A stretch of 64,000 nucleotides of DNA from a bacterium (lineage in GTDB: Bacteria > J088 > JAWLBW01), in assembly GCA_041690355.1 (NCBI GenBank), contig JAWLHK010000006.1, positions 1-64,000 on the forward strand. The letters are read 5' to 3'. The position numbers and the translations under genes are program-made. Under the pieces are notes generated by a model, which saw only the letters and a program-made list of their open reading frames with translations, ran no database searches and was not told the origin of the DNA. How positions within the stretch are numbered: position 1 is the first letter of the stretch; each line of letters opens with the position of its first letter. Of the stretch, positions 36,327 through 46,912 are shown one piece after another.

Positions 36327-38810
36327 ATGCGTGAGTACACCCCGAGTTCCATCGAGTCCAAGTGGCAGGCCGAGTGGGCGCGGCGCGAGGCCTTTCGTGC
36401 CGGGCGCGCCGACGGACAGAAGTATTATCTGCTCGAGATGTTTCCCTATCCGAGCGGCCGCATCCACATGGGGCACGTGCGCAACTACTCCATCGGCGAC
36501 GCCATCGCGCGTTTCCGCCGGCTGCAGGGGTTCGACGTGCTGCACCCGATGGGCTGGGACGCCTTCGGCATGCCCGCCGAGAACGCGGCCATCAAGCACA
36601 AGGTGCATCCGGCGAAGTGGACGCGCGAAAATATCGCCTACATGCGCGAACAGCTCCAGAAGATGGGCTTCAGCTACGACTGGAAGCGTGAGGTGGCCAC
36701 CTGCTTTCCCGAATACTACCGCTGGGAGCAGAAGTTCTTCATCGAACTGTATCGCAAGGGGCTCGCCTACAAGCGCATGAGCGTCGTCAACTGGTGCCCC
36801 GCCTGCATGACGGTGCTCGCCAACGAGCAGGTCGAGCAGGGGCTCTGCTGGCGCTGCGACACCCCGGTCGAGGCCAAGGAACTCGAACAGTGGTTTCTCA
36901 AGATTACGGCCTATGCCGAGGAGCTGCTGGCCGATCTCGACAAGCTGGCCGACGGCTGGCCCGAGCGCGTGCTGACCATGCAGCGCAACTGGATCGGCAA
37001 GTCGGTCGGCGCCGAGATCCGCTTCGACGTTGCCGATTCTGACGAGTCGATTACCGTTTTCACGACGCGCCCCGACACGCTGTTCGGCGCGACGTTCGTC
37101 AGCCTGGCGCCGGAGCACAAACTCGTCGAAAAGCTCATCGCCGGTCGTCCCGAAGCGGCCGCCGTGCAGGCGTTCGTGGCCAGGGTCAAGGCCATGGACA
37201 AGATCGAGCGCACGGCTGAAGGGGGCGAGAAGGAAGGGGTCTTCACCGGGGCCTGGGCCGTACATCCGCTCGACGGACGCCGCATCCCCATCTGGGTCGC
37301 CAACTTCGTCCTGGCCGAGTACGGCACGGGCGCGGTCATGGCGGTTCCCACGCATGACCAGCGCGACTTCGAGTTTTCAGCCAAATACGGGCTCGACCGC
37401 ATCGTGGTCGTTCAACCCGAGGGCGAGCCGCTCGAGCCGGCCGCGATGAAACAGGCCTGGGACGGTCCCGGAACGCTCGTTCGTTCGGGCGCCTTCGACG
37501 GCATGCCCGGTGACGAGGCCAAGTGGGCGATCGCGGCGGAGCTGGAGAAGCAGGGGAAGGGGAAGAAGAGTATTACCTACCGCCTGCGCGACTGGGGCAT
37601 TTCGCGCCAGCGCTACTGGGGCGCCCCCATCCCGATGATCTACTGCGCGAAGTGCGGCGTCGTGCCCGTGCCCGAAGACCAGCTGCCGGTCACGCTGCCC
37701 GAAGACGTCGAGTTCACGGGCGAAGGGGGCAACCCGCTGGCGCGCAACCGGTCGTTCTACGAGACCGCCTGTCCGACCTGCGCGGGACCGGCCCGCCGCG
37801 AGACCGACACCATGGATACGTTCATGGAGAGCTCGTGGTATTTCCTGCGGTACTGCTCGGTCGACGAGTCGCAGGCCCCGTTCAAGCGCGAAGACGTCGA
37901 TCGCTGGATGCCCGTCGATCAGTACATCGGGGGGATCGAGCACGCCGTGCTGCACCTGCTCTATTCCCGCTTCTACACGAAAGCCCTGCGCGACCTGGGG
38001 TACATCGGGGCCGACGAGCCGTTCGCCCGCCTGCTCACGCAGGGCATGGTCATCAAGGACGGCGCGAAGATGAGCAAGAGCAAGGGCAACGTGGTCGATC
38101 CCGACGAGCTCATCGGCAAGTACGGGGCCGATACGGCGCGCATGTTCAGCCTCTTTGCCGCCCCGCCCGAGAAGGACCTCGATTGGAGCGACCGCGGCGT
38201 CGAAGGGGCCCACCGCTTTCTGAACCGGCTGTGGAACACGATCATGACGCACCGCGACGCCGTTCTTTCGGCCGGCCCGGTGCAGGCGGCGGAGCTGGAC
38301 GAAGGCCTGAAGACCATCCGCCGGCAGGTGCACAAGACGCTGCAGAAGGCGGCCGTCGACATCGGCGAGCGGTTTCACTTCAACACCGCCATCGCCGCCG
38401 TCATGGAGCTGCTCAACGCGCTAACCGACGACCTGAACCGCCGCGGCTCGCTCACGGGAACGGCTGCCGCCGTTTATCGGGAAGCCTTCACGTTTCTGCT
38501 CTTCATGCTGAATCCGATCGTGCCGCACGTCACCGAGGAGCTGAGCGCCGAGCTGGGCATGGCGCCGCTGTGCGACAGCCGCTGGCCGGCCGCCGATGCC
38601 GAGGCCGCGCGCGACGAGGCCCTCGAGATTCCCGTGCAGGTAAACGGAAAACTCCGCGGCAAGATCACCGTGCCGGTGGGCACCGGCCGCGACGCCCTCA
38701 TCGCGCTCGCCCAGGCCGAGCCGACGGTGCGCGGCTGGGTCGAAGGCAAGGACGTGGTCAAGATCGTGGCCGTGCCCGACCGGCTCGTCAACATCGTCGT
38801 GAAGGGGTGA
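36327..38810 (+). CDS. leuS: Leucine--tRNA ligase
   Basis: [27 protein letters not shown]. Confidence 0.98.
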   Translation: MREYTPSSIESKWQAEWARREAFRAGRADGQKYYLLEMFPYPSGRIHMGHVRNYSIGDAIARFRRLQGFDVLHPMGWDAFGMPAENAAIKHKVHPAKWTRENIAYMREQLQKMGFSYDWKREVATCFPEYYRWEQKFFIELYRKGLAYKRMSVVNWCPACMTVLANEQVEQGLCWRCDTPVEAKELEQWFLKITAYAEELLADLDKLADGWPERVLTMQRNWIGKSVGAEIRFDVADSDESITVFTTRPDTLFGATFVSLAPEHKLVEKLIAGRPEAAAVQAFVARVKAMDKIERTAEGGEKEGVFTGAWAVHPLDGRRIPIWVANFVLAEYGTGAVMAVPTHDQRDFEFSAKYGLDRIVVVQPEGEPLEPAAMKQAWDGPGTLVRSGAFDGMPGDEAKWAIAAELEKQGKGKKSITYRLRDWGISRQRYWGAPIPMIYCAKCGVVPVPEDQLPVTLPEDVEFTGEGGNPLARNRSFYETACPTCAGPARRETDTMDTFMESSWYFLRYCSVDESQAPFKREDVDRWMPVDQYIGGIEHAVLHLLYSRFYTKALRDLGYIGADEPFARLLTQGMVIKDGAKMSKSKGNVVDPDELIGKYGADTARMFSLFAAPPEKDLDWSDRGVEGAHRFLNRLWNTIMTHRDAVLSAGPVQAAELDEGLKTIRRQVHKTLQKAAVDIGERFHFNTAIAAVMELLNALTDDLNRRGSLTGTAAAVYREAFTFLLFMLNPIVPHVTEELSAELGMAPLCDSRWPAADAEAARDEALEIPVQVNGKLRGKITVPVGTGRDALIALAQAEPTVRGWVEGKDVVKIVAVPDRLVNIVVKG

Positions 38811-39454
38811 TGCGCAGAGCGCTTGCCATCACCGTGCTGCTGCTCGCCGGGTGCGGCTACTCGTCGGTCGCCGGGCGGATGGCGCCCGACCTCGGGCCCG
38901 AGGTCCGTTTCGCGCCGTTCATCGTGCGCAACCAGACTCCCGAGCTGTCGGTCACCCACACGGTCACGCGCGCCCTGCGTTCGGAGCTCGGCCAGCTGGG
39001 CCTGCTCGGCGGCGGCGGCGAACGCCTCGTGCCCGAAATCCAGGTGCGGCGTATCGTCGACGTGCCGGCCTCGTACGGCGCCGGCCGCGTCATCGAGTAC
39101 CTGGGCTACCTTTCGATGGACGTTGTCGTCTACGACCGCCTGCGCAGCACACCGCTGCTCGCGGGGACCCAGGAGATCCGCTACCGGTACGATTACAGCC
39201 GCAACCCGCAGGTCATGCAGCAGCTGCGCATGGCCGCGCTCGAACAGGCGCTGCGCGCCTGGACCTCGCGGTTTCTCTTGCAGGTCTCGACCGCACTCGA
39301 GCTGCCGGCGGCCGTGCCCGTGAGCGCCGAGGCGGTGACCGGGCCCACGCCGAGGCCGGTGACGGCGCCGGCCGATTCGAGTCCGCTCACGCCCCCGGGT
39401 TCGCCCTTCGAGGGGCCCGATCTGCCGCCCATCGATCCGCGGGGCGCCCCATGA
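38810..39454 (+). CDS. lptE: LptE-like lipoprotein
   Basis: Lipobox LAGCGY; located between leuS and holA; Pro-rich tail. Confidence 0.65.
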   Translation: MRRALAITVLLLAGCGYSSVAGRMAPDLGPEVRFAPFIVRNQTPELSVTHTVTRALRSELGQLGLLGGGGERLVPEIQVRRIVDVPASYGAGRVIEYLGYLSMDVVVYDRLRSTPLLAGTQEIRYRYDYSRNPQVMQQLRMAALEQALRAWTSRFLLQVSTALELPAAVPVSAEAVTGPTPRPVTAPADSSPLTPPGSPFEGPDLPPIDPRGAP

Positions 39455-40467
39455 TGCACGACGGTTTCGTTCGCAAGGTCCGCGAAAAGAGCCTCAAGCC
39501 GGTGGTCGTCGTGTACGGCAGCGACGAGTATCCGATCCACCAGATCGTCAAGGCGATTCGCGAGACCTACGGCGGCGGGTCGATGGCCCAGTTCAACGTC
39601 GACGAGCTGAGCGGCGCCGCCGTCACCTGGGATGCCGTGCTCGAGCGGGCGCGCACGCTGCCCATGATGGCCTCGCAGCGGCTCGTGCTGGCGTGGAATG
39701 TCGAGAAGATTCTCAAGAAGGGTACGCCGGGCCTCGAAGAGGCCGAAGCCTATGTCGCGGCCCCGTTCGCCGAGACGCTGCTCGTGCTCATCGCGGCCGA
39801 GATGGACAAGCGCACCCGGTTCTGGAAGGCGCTCGTCGAAGGCAAGGCCGATGTCTTCGAGAGCCGTCCGCCGCGCCTGCAGGAGATTCCCGATCTGGCC
39901 GTCGCCTTCGCGCGCCAGGAGGGCAAGAAGCTCGATCGCGAGGCCGCCGAGCTGCTGCGCGAGCTGGTCGGGGCCGAGCTCATGTGGGTGGCCAACGAGG
40001 TCAAGAAGCTTTCGCTGTACGTCGGCGAGCGGGCCGAGATTACGGCCGACGACGTGCGTGAGCTCATGGCCGACGTGAGCGCCCATCAGGTCTGGGATCT
40101 CACCGATGCGCTGGCCGCGCGCAACTTTGAAGCCTGCGTCAGGCTGCTCGAAGGGCTGCTTCGCGACGGCGCCCAGCCGCCGATGATCTTCGGCGCCCTG
40201 GCGGGGGAGCTGCGCAGAATCGCCAAGGTCAAGAAGCTGCAGGAGGCGCGCGTCGGCCGCGACGCCATGATCCGGGCGCTCGGCATGACCGACAAACAAT
40301 CGTTCTTTCTGGGCAAAATCGTCGAGAACGCCCGCCGGTTTTCAGCGGGCCAGCTGGCCAACATCGGCCGCCGGCTGAACGAAACCGACTTCCGCCTGAA
40401 GCGCAGCAGCCAGCCCGCGCACCTCGTGCTCGAGAATCTGATCGCCGACATCTGCTTCATGCGCTGA
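39451..40467 (+). CDS. holA: DNA polymerase III subunit delta
   Basis: YGSDEY, TLPMMASQRLV, NEVKKL, LTDAL; synteny with leuS-lptE. Confidence 0.9.
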   Translation: MMHDGFVRKVREKSLKPVVVVYGSDEYPIHQIVKAIRETYGGGSMAQFNVDELSGAAVTWDAVLERARTLPMMASQRLVLAWNVEKILKKGTPGLEEAEAYVAAPFAETLLVLIAAEMDKRTRFWKALVEGKADVFESRPPRLQEIPDLAVAFARQEGKKLDREAAELLRELVGAELMWVANEVKKLSLYVGERAEITADDVRELMADVSAHQVWDLTDALAARNFEACVRLLEGLLRDGAQPPMIFGALAGELRRIAKVKKLQEARVGRDAMIRALGMTDKQSFFLGKIVENARRFSAGQLANIGRRLNETDFRLKRSSQPAHLVLENLIADICFMR

Positions 40468-40512
40468 CGCGCCCGCGGCTGCCGGGCAATGCCCGATGGC
40501 CGATTCCACTTC

Positions 40513-40667
40513 TCAAGCGCCAAGCGCCAAGCGCAGAGCGCCAACGAAACAAGAACCTGCTGCATCAGGTCCTTTCGGATAAATCGTCAATCGTAAATTG
40601 TCGATCGTAAATTGCCCCGATTCGTCACTCGTCACTCATGACTCGTCACTATTCGTAAATCGTCAAT
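40513..40667. repeat. Composite heptamer-repeat element, inverted copy
   Basis: (CAAGCGC)n, (AATCGTC/AATCGTA)n, (ACTCGTC)n are reverse complements of the blocks at 3590-3796. Confidence 0.8.
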
Positions 40668-40685
40668 GGTATAATGGGTGGTCGT

Positions 40686-41333
40686 ATGACCGCTTCGCTC
40701 CCGTCCCGGATACCCCTGTTTCCGCTTCCGGACACGGTGCTTTTTCCCCACGTTCCGTTGCCGCTGCACATCTTCGAGCCCCGGTACCGGACGATGATCG
40801 AAGAGGCCCTCGCCGGGCCGCGCGTCATCGGCATGGTCATGCTCAAGCCCGGCTGGGAGCCTGCGTATCAGGGGCGCCCGCCGATTTTCCGCGTGGGCTG
40901 CGCCGGCATCATCTCGCAGCACGAGCAGCTGCCCGACGGCCGCTACAACATCGTGCTGCTCGGGCAGTCGGCCTTCTCGGTCACCGCCGAAGACGATTCG
41001 CGCCCCTACCGCATCGGTCACGTCGTCTACCGGCCCGATGCCCCGCCGGAAAATCCCGCCGAGATCCGCGAGATGCGCGCCCGTCTGCTCGCGCGCATCA
41101 ACAGCCTGGCCCGGTCGGGCGGGGCGGCCGGCGATCTCGTCGACGAGCAGTCGACCGGGCCCATCCCCGACGTCGAGTTCGTCAACGTGCTCGGCGCGCT
41201 GCTCGACCTGAAACCCCTCGAAAAACAGGCTCTGCTCGAGACCTCGGGTACCGCCGCGCGGTACCGCAAACTGCTCGATCTGGTCGAGTTCTGGGGCCTC
41301 ATGCAGGGGCGGCCGCGCGGGCCCGTGCAGTGA
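40686..41333 (+). CDS. LON peptidase substrate-binding domain protein
   Basis: IPLFPL..VLFP..LPLHIFEPRYRTMI..VGC.G..LPDGRYNI; TGGTATAAT just upstream. Confidence 0.9.
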   Translation: MTASLPSRIPLFPLPDTVLFPHVPLPLHIFEPRYRTMIEEALAGPRVIGMVMLKPGWEPAYQGRPPIFRVGCAGIISQHEQLPDGRYNIVLLGQSAFSVTAEDDSRPYRIGHVVYRPDAPPENPAEIREMRARLLARINSLARSGGAAGDLVDEQSTGPIPDVEFVNVLGALLDLKPLEKQALLETSGTAARYRKLLDLVEFWGLMQGRPRGPVQ

Positions 41334-41632
41334 TTCCCGAACGCGCCGAACACGAGCCTGCCCATGAAGATCTGCTCGCGGCCCTGGAGACGCTGGGGCT
41401 TTTTCCGCCCGTGGGGTGGACGCAGATCCGGAGCGCCTACCGGCGCCGGGCCCGTGCCCTGCACCCGGATCGGAACCCGGGGGCCGATGCCGCCGAGGCG
41501 ATGGCCGAGTTGAACCGGGCCTACCGGTTGCTGCAGGGGTATGTGGAATCGTTCCGCTACCGCTTCGACGAAGCCGAATATCTCGAGCAGCATCCCCGCG
41601 AACGGCTCCGCAGACAGTTCCGCGTCGACTGA
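41330..41632 (+). CDS. J-domain protein
   Basis: IRSAYRRRARALHPDRN..LNRAYRLL (HPD motif); GTGA overlap with upstream stop. Confidence 0.85.
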   Translation: MIPERAEHEPAHEDLLAALETLGLFPPVGWTQIRSAYRRRARALHPDRNPGADAAEAMAELNRAYRLLQGYVESFRYRFDEAEYLEQHPRERLRRQFRVD

Positions 41633-41639
41633 CGGTCAG

Positions 41640-41949
41640 GCAGGGGGTCGAAACGTCCCGCGCGCAGGTGCCGCCAGCAGGGTGCGTAATCTTCGGCGCC
41701 GCGCGTGAGGGCCGTGGCTTGCAGTTGCAAGGCGTCCGCGTCGAAGACATACCGGTCTGCCGTGACGCGGCAACGCAGCAGATGCGGCCATGCCGGCCCT
41801 AACCCCTTTCAGGGAACAGGGCTTTTTCTAGGCGGCTGCCGCGTTGCGCCTTCGTCGCCGAGGCACGAGCTCGATTCCTTGCCGCGCCTTGCAGCCCCCT
41901 GAAAACGCACCCTGTGCGCGCTCACGGGAATCTTGCAACACCCCGCTAG
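41640..41949. mobile_element. Putative MITE/REP-like element with nested inverted repeats
   Basis: Pairs 41678-41687/41905-41914, 41726-41734/41885-41893, 41770-41781/41836-41847; right end abuts CTAG. Confidence 0.55.
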
Positions 41950-43001
41950 TGCCGCGGCGGGTAGAAGGGGAGGGGAACGATCCAGACCTGGCGGCCGTCG
42001 GCGCGCAGATCGCCCGCCGTGTCTTCGACGTGCTTCTGGACGTAACCGAGGCCGATGGGGCGCCCGCGCAGGCTCAGGCTTACCACCGACGAATGAATGA
42101 CGCCGACCGCCCGCTCGCCCGAGAAGACCTCGGTGCCGGGGGCGACGGGGCCCCCCTCGATGGAAAAGCCCACGAGACGCCGCGCGGGTTCGCCGCGGGC
42201 ATCGATGCGGGCGATGATCTCCTGGCCGACGTAGCAGCCCTTGCGAAACGAGATGGCCCGGTCGCCGAGCCCGGCCTCGAGCGGTATCGTCTGATCGGTC
42301 AGCTCGACGCCGAACCGCGGCACCCCCGCCTCGATGCGCGCCATTTCGAGCGCCGTCCACCCGACCGGCCGGAGACCGAGCGCTTCGAGCCGTTCGAGCA
42401 GACGGGAGACGAGGGCCGGCGGCACGAACAGGTCAATTCCCGGTTCGCCGATGAGTGCGTTGCCCGCCATGCGCAGCGTCTCGCCCTCGAAGGCGAAGGT
42501 GCGCTGCTCGAGATCGGCGGGAGGGCGGCCCACCTGGCCGGTGAGCGCCGGAAGCACGTCGCCGAGCGTACTGCCGAAGAGTCCGAGCTGGGCGATGCCC
42601 GCCGTACGATCCTCGAAGTCCACCTGTTCCGTGAAATGGTACTTCTCCAGATAGGCGAGCACGGCGGCGGTTGCCTGGGGTTCGACGTCGAGCAGCAGGC
42701 CGTCGTCGACATCGCTGACGCGGGCATCGGCCACCATGCGCCCCCGGGCCGTGAGAAAGGCGCCGTAGACCGCGCGGCCGTCCCGCTGCAGAACGTCGTT
42801 CGTGAAGAGCGCCTGCAGAAACTGCGCGGCCTCGGGGCCCGTCAGCGTGATGCGGCCCCGGGCGCTCCGGTCGACCCACCCGGCGCCGCGCCGCAGGGCC
42901 TGGATTTCCAGCGCGGTATCGCCGTAATCGGCGGGAACCTCGATGCCGTGGGTGATCTCGAACCGGGCGCCGCGAGCGGCGTGAAGATTGCGTGCGTTCA
43001 T
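41946..43001 (-). CDS. Folate-binding YgfZ/GcvT family protein
   Basis: KGCYVGQE signature; N-terminal GcvT-like fold. Confidence 0.9.
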   Translation of the reverse strand: MNARNLHAARGARFEITHGIEVPADYGDTALEIQALRRGAGWVDRSARGRITLTGPEAAQFLQALFTNDVLQRDGRAVYGAFLTARGRMVADARVSDVDDGLLLDVEPQATAAVLAYLEKYHFTEQVDFEDRTAGIAQLGLFGSTLGDVLPALTGQVGRPPADLEQRTFAFEGETLRMAGNALIGEPGIDLFVPPALVSRLLERLEALGLRPVGWTALEMARIEAGVPRFGVELTDQTIPLEAGLGDRAISFRKGCYVGQEIIARIDARGEPARRLVGFSIEGGPVAPGTEVFSGERAVGVIHSSVVSLSLRGRPIGLGYVQKHVEDTAGDLRADGRQVWIVPLPFYPPRH

Positions 43002-43081
43002 CGCTGTGCCGATGGCCGGGGTTGGCGTATAATACAGGGAAGTAACAGTGTAACAAAGGACGGACCGCTCACGCGGAGAAC

Positions 43082-43450
43082 TTGGGATTCGGACGCACGC
43101 TCATCGTCGAAGACGACCCCGCCATCCGCCAGTCGCTCGCCGACGTCTGCCGTCTCTTTCTTCAGATCGAGCCTGAACAGGCGGGCACGGCGCGCGAAGC
43201 CGTCGCGCTGGTCGAGCGACACCGGCCGGCCGTGCTGCTGCTCGATCTGGTGCTCCCCGACGAATCGGGCGAGTGGGTCATCGCCCAGATCCGCGAGCGC
43301 GGGTGGTCCGACGACGTGCGCATCATCGTCATGTCGGCGCAGAACGAGATGCAGGACAAAGCGCATGCCGTGGGCGCCTGGGATTCGCTCGAGAAACCGT
43401 TCTCGCTCCAGGTCGTCACCGAAAAACTGCGCAACGCCGGGGCCATGTAG
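43082..43450 (+). CDS. Single-domain response regulator
   Basis: IVEDD, LDLVLPD, MSA, EKPF. Confidence 0.88.
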   Translation: MGFGRTLIVEDDPAIRQSLADVCRLFLQIEPEQAGTAREAVALVERHRPAVLLLDLVLPDESGEWVIAQIRERGWSDDVRIIVMSAQNEMQDKAHAVGAWDSLEKPFSLQVVTEKLRNAGAM

Positions 43451-43471
43451 CTGCGGGTCCGCGCCGCCGCC

Positions 43472-43672
43472 TTACCGATCGGCACCGGCGGCCGGCCGCA
43501 CTTCGCTGCGGTCTTTGAACACGAACGGCACGCCGATATCCGCTTGGGTCCGGATGACCAGTTCGGCATCGGGAGCATTCACCGTGAACTCCACCACGGT
43601 TCCCGTACATTCGACGAATTCGTCGTTGCGGCGGTGTACGAAGGCAACCAGATCGCCGATTCTTACTCTCAT
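43472..43672 (-). CDS. Small hypothetical beta-rich protein (66 aa)
   Basis: AGGAG RBS; MRVRIGDLVAFV...GTVVEF...LVIR resembles a KOW/SH3 barrel. Confidence 0.55.
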   Translation of the reverse strand: MRVRIGDLVAFVHRRNDEFVECTGTVVEFTVNAPDAELVIRTQADIGVPFVFKDRSEVRPAAGADR

Positions 43673-43848
43673 CCTGCTCCTCGGCTTCGGGTTGTAGGTC
43701 GGGCGGGTTCTATTTTCGCAGACACGGATCGCCTGTGCCACCGATCGCAGCAGAAACTTCTCCGGCGCGTGCGTTTGCGCGCGGTTTCGGCTTGCCCGGC
43801 GGGTCGGCGAAACGTATCCTGTAACTTCTCCTCGACGCGGAGTCTGCT

Positions 43849-44223
43849 GTGAGTCGGCTGTTTCTTCTTCTCGGGGCCCTCAACGGGCTGCTCGCCGTCG
43901 GATTCGGAGCGTTCGGCGCCCACGGACTGCGGGCGCGCGTGACACCCGATCTGCTTGCCGTGTGGAATACGGGGGCGCAGTACCACATGTACCATGCGCT
44001 CGCGCTGCTGGCGGTCGCCGTCTTTGCGGCGCATTACCCTGATGCCGCGCTGCTGCGCGCGGGGGGCTGGCTCTTTCTGGGCGGCATTGTCGTGTTCTCG
44101 GGCAGCCTGTACCTGCTCGCATTCACGGGCCTGCGCTGGCTGGGAGCCGTCACGCCGCTGGGGGGCGTTGCCTTTCTCGCCGGCTGGGCCTGCCTCGCCC
44201 TCTTCGCGCTGCGCCTGCGCTGA
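43849..44223 (+). CDS. DUF423 family membrane protein
   Basis: GAFGAHGL, YHMYHAL, FSGSLY, TPLGG. Confidence 0.92.
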   Translation: MSRLFLLLGALNGLLAVGFGAFGAHGLRARVTPDLLAVWNTGAQYHMYHALALLAVAVFAAHYPDAALLRAGGWLFLGGIVVFSGSLYLLAFTGLRWLGAVTPLGGVAFLAGWACLALFALRLR

Positions 44224-44232
44224 CTCTGCCGA

Positions 44233-45615
44233 TTACGCCGTCGCCGCCGCTGTCTGCGTCCGGACGGCCCTGCCTCGCGATGCATGGCCGTCGCTTTTCG
44301 GCACGCTGCGGTGTCTGGCCGGGTCGGTCGTGAACTCGGCGTGGCCGTAACTGACCAGCAGTTCGTTGATTCGCCGGACCAGCAGCATATCGGCGAGCCC
44401 GTTCACGACGGGGATGTGCTCGGCCGCGATGTGGGCGACCATCTGCGGAACCGCGTAGGCCTGGAATGCGGCAAACAGCGCATAGTCCTTCAGGTCGGGC
44501 ACGACGCCCATCTGCTTCGCCTTCCACGCCGGGAGCGGAAAGCCGTGGCGGAAGAAGACCTTCGACACACTGCGCTCGACCGTGTTCACCACCCGGCTGC
44601 GCAGGCTGCGATCGTTGGGCAGGTAGGCCTGCATCGTCGCACGCACGAGGGCGCCGTTGGTGGCGTCGTCGTACCCTTCGCGCAGCGTGCCGGCGCCCGC
44701 CAGGGCCATGCCGAAGATGTCTTCGGGCGTCTCGGGAAGCAGATCGCCGGGCAGGCCGAGCATGAAGCACTGATGTCGCGAGAGTTCGACGATGGCGCGT
44801 TCGCGGCGCGTGAACGGCCGCTTCGCCCTCACGGCCTTCAAGGCCGTCAGGGTCGCCGCCATCATGCCCGCGGGGAGCTGGTCGATCTGGGGGATGGGCA
44901 CGCCGTAAACGGCCGGGTCCCAGCGCTCGGCATGCAGGAGCAGGCTTGCCCGCACGATGGAGTGCATCAGGCGCACCATGGCCGCCGCGCGAAATCCGGG
45001 ACCGAAGCGATCGAGGGCGTTGGGGAGGGTCGCCGTCGTGAAGAAGCTCGTCGTCTCCTTCACGCGCTGCACCGACGAATTGTTCGAGAGCGCGCCGGTC
45101 ACCGCCATCGGCAGGCCCGCGTACTTGTTCGTGAAGGTGGCGATGAACGCGCCGCGGATCATGAAGGGGACGAGAATGGCCATCGGCGCGCGGCTCGAAC
45201 GGGCCCCCTGCGCCGACAGTCGGCGATCGATCCAGTCGGGGGTCTGCTCCATCGAGGCGATGAAGCGCACGAGTTCGGGCGGCGCATCCTTGACGGCGTC
45301 GATACCCTTTTCGCAGGCGAGCGTGAGCATGTCGACCAGCTTGCGGAACCCGTACGTACGCAGCAGCGCCGCGTAGGCGTCGGCCACACTGTCGCCCATC
45401 ATCGTGTAGGCCAGGGCGCGCTCGACCCGCTCGGTATCGCGCAGGAGGCCGGGGCGGTATCTGCGGGCCAGGGATGCGGGCAGAATCGTCTGCACCTCGG
45501 GATCGGCCGTGAAGCGCTCGGGAACCAGGTCGAAATCGATGTTTCCGTAGAGCGCCGGGATGGCGGTCTTCTGGGCGCGCACCTGCGCCTTCAGCTCGGC
45601 GAGAGGGGTCTTCAT
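44233..45615 (-). CDS. MpaB/DUF2236 (Lcp-like) oxygenase family protein
   Basis: GDSVAD, PDWID, RVKET, VRLMHSIVR, WD..YGVPIPQ. Confidence 0.8.
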   Translation of the reverse strand: MKTPLAELKAQVRAQKTAIPALYGNIDFDLVPERFTADPEVQTILPASLARRYRPGLLRDTERVERALAYTMMGDSVADAYAALLRTYGFRKLVDMLTLACEKGIDAVKDAPPELVRFIASMEQTPDWIDRRLSAQGARSSRAPMAILVPFMIRGAFIATFTNKYAGLPMAVTGALSNNSSVQRVKETTSFFTTATLPNALDRFGPGFRAAAMVRLMHSIVRASLLLHAERWDPAVYGVPIPQIDQLPAGMMAATLTALKAVRAKRPFTRRERAIVELSRHQCFMLGLPGDLLPETPEDIFGMALAGAGTLREGYDDATNGALVRATMQAYLPNDRSLRSRVVNTVERSVSKVFFRHGFPLPAWKAKQMGVVPDLKDYALFAAFQAYAVPQMVAHIAAEHIPVVNGLADMLLVRRINELLVSYGHAEFTTDPARHRSVPKSDGHASRGRAVRTQTAAATA

Positions 45616-45766
45616 CGGGGGAACTCCTTGGCCGGGGGCGGTGCACCGGGCGATCGGCGCCGGGTCCCCGGAATCTTCAGCCTACCATAGGGTAGGCAAT
45701 TCCGCGCCTGGCGTCAATGCGCTTCCCTGCGGCTGAAATTCCCTGGCCGGCCCGAAGTGGAAATGC

Positions 45767-45794
45767 AAAAGGGCCCTGCGCGTGCGCAGGGCCC
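45767..45794 (-). terminator. Intrinsic terminator after the DAHP synthase gene
   Basis: GGGCCCTGCG/CGCAGGGCCC stem followed by TTTT on the minus strand. Confidence 0.75.
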
Positions 45795-45825
45795 CTGTGA
45801 TTGGATGACGCAATGGTCTGCAGTC

Positions 45826-46890
45826 TCAGACGGCCGCCTGCCCGCGCCGCTGGCGCACGGCATCGGCCAGCTCGCGCAGCATGCCGTCGGTGGCGTCCCA
45901 TCCGATGCAGGCGTCGGTGATGCTCTGGCCGTAGGTCAGCTCGACCCCCGGCTTGAGATCCTGGCGGCCTTCTTTCAGATGGCTCTCGACCATGACGCCG
46001 AAGATGCGCTGCTCGCCGTGGCGGATCTGCCAGGCGACGTCGCGGCCCACTTCGAGCTGCCGCTGGTATTCCTTGCGGCTGTTGGCGTGGCTGAAGTCGA
46101 TCATGAGCCGCGGGCGCAGGCCCACCGCCTCGAGTTCGGCCGAGGCCGCCTGGATGTTCGCGGCGTCGTAGTTCGGGGTCTTGCCGCCGCGCAGGATGAC
46201 GTGGCAATCGGGGTTGCCCGACGTCGAGACGATGGCCGAATGTCCCGTCTTGGTGACGGAGAGAAAATGGTGCGGCACGCTGGCGGCGCGGATGGCGTCG
46301 ATGGCGATGCGCAGATTGCCGTCGGTGCCGTTCTTGAAGCCGATGGGGCACGACAGGCCCGAGGCGAGTTCGCGGTGCACCTGGCTCTCGGTCGTGCGCG
46401 CCCCGATGGCGCCCCAGCTGATCAGGTCGCCGATATACTGCGGGGTGAGCACGTCGAGGTACTCGGTGCCCGCCGGCACGCCCATGGAGTTGATGTCGAG
46501 CAGCAGGCCGCGGGCGATGCGCAGGCCGTCGTTGATGCGGAACGTGTCGTCGAGGTACGGGTCGTTGACCAGCCCCTTCCAGCCGACGGTCGTGCGCGGC
46601 TTTTCGAAATAGACGCGCATGACGACGATCAGGGCGTCCGAAAGCTCATCCTTGAGGACGCGCAGCCGCTCGGCATAGTCGAGAGCCGCCTTCGGGTCGT
46701 GAATGGAGCAGGGGCCCACGACGGTGACGAGACGGTCGTCCTGGCCGTGCAGCACGGCGTGAATCGCGTCGCGCGTGCCGGCCGTGGTCTGCGCGGCCGC
46801 CTCGGTGATCGGTCGCTCGGCGATGAGGTCCTGCGGCGTCGAAAGCTCTTTGATCTCGCGGATGCGGATGTCGTCGGTACGGTAAGGCAT
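45826..46890 (-). CDS. aroG: 3-deoxy-7-phosphoheptulonate synthase, class I alpha
   Basis: GPCSIHD, RVYFEKPRTTVGWKG, GARTTESQVHR, SITDACIGW; isozyme type uncertain. Confidence 0.92.
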   Translation of the reverse strand: MPYRTDDIRIREIKELSTPQDLIAERPITEAAAQTTAGTRDAIHAVLHGQDDRLVTVVGPCSIHDPKAALDYAERLRVLKDELSDALIVVMRVYFEKPRTTVGWKGLVNDPYLDDTFRINDGLRIARGLLLDINSMGVPAGTEYLDVLTPQYIGDLISWGAIGARTTESQVHRELASGLSCPIGFKNGTDGNLRIAIDAIRAASVPHHFLSVTKTGHSAIVSTSGNPDCHVILRGGKTPNYDAANIQAASAELEAVGLRPRLMIDFSHANSRKEYQRQLEVGRDVAWQIRHGEQRIFGVMVESHLKEGRQDLKPGVELTYGQSITDACIGWDATDGMLRELADAVRQRRGQAAV

Positions 46891-46912
46891 CTGTATATCT
46901 TATCCAATCGGT

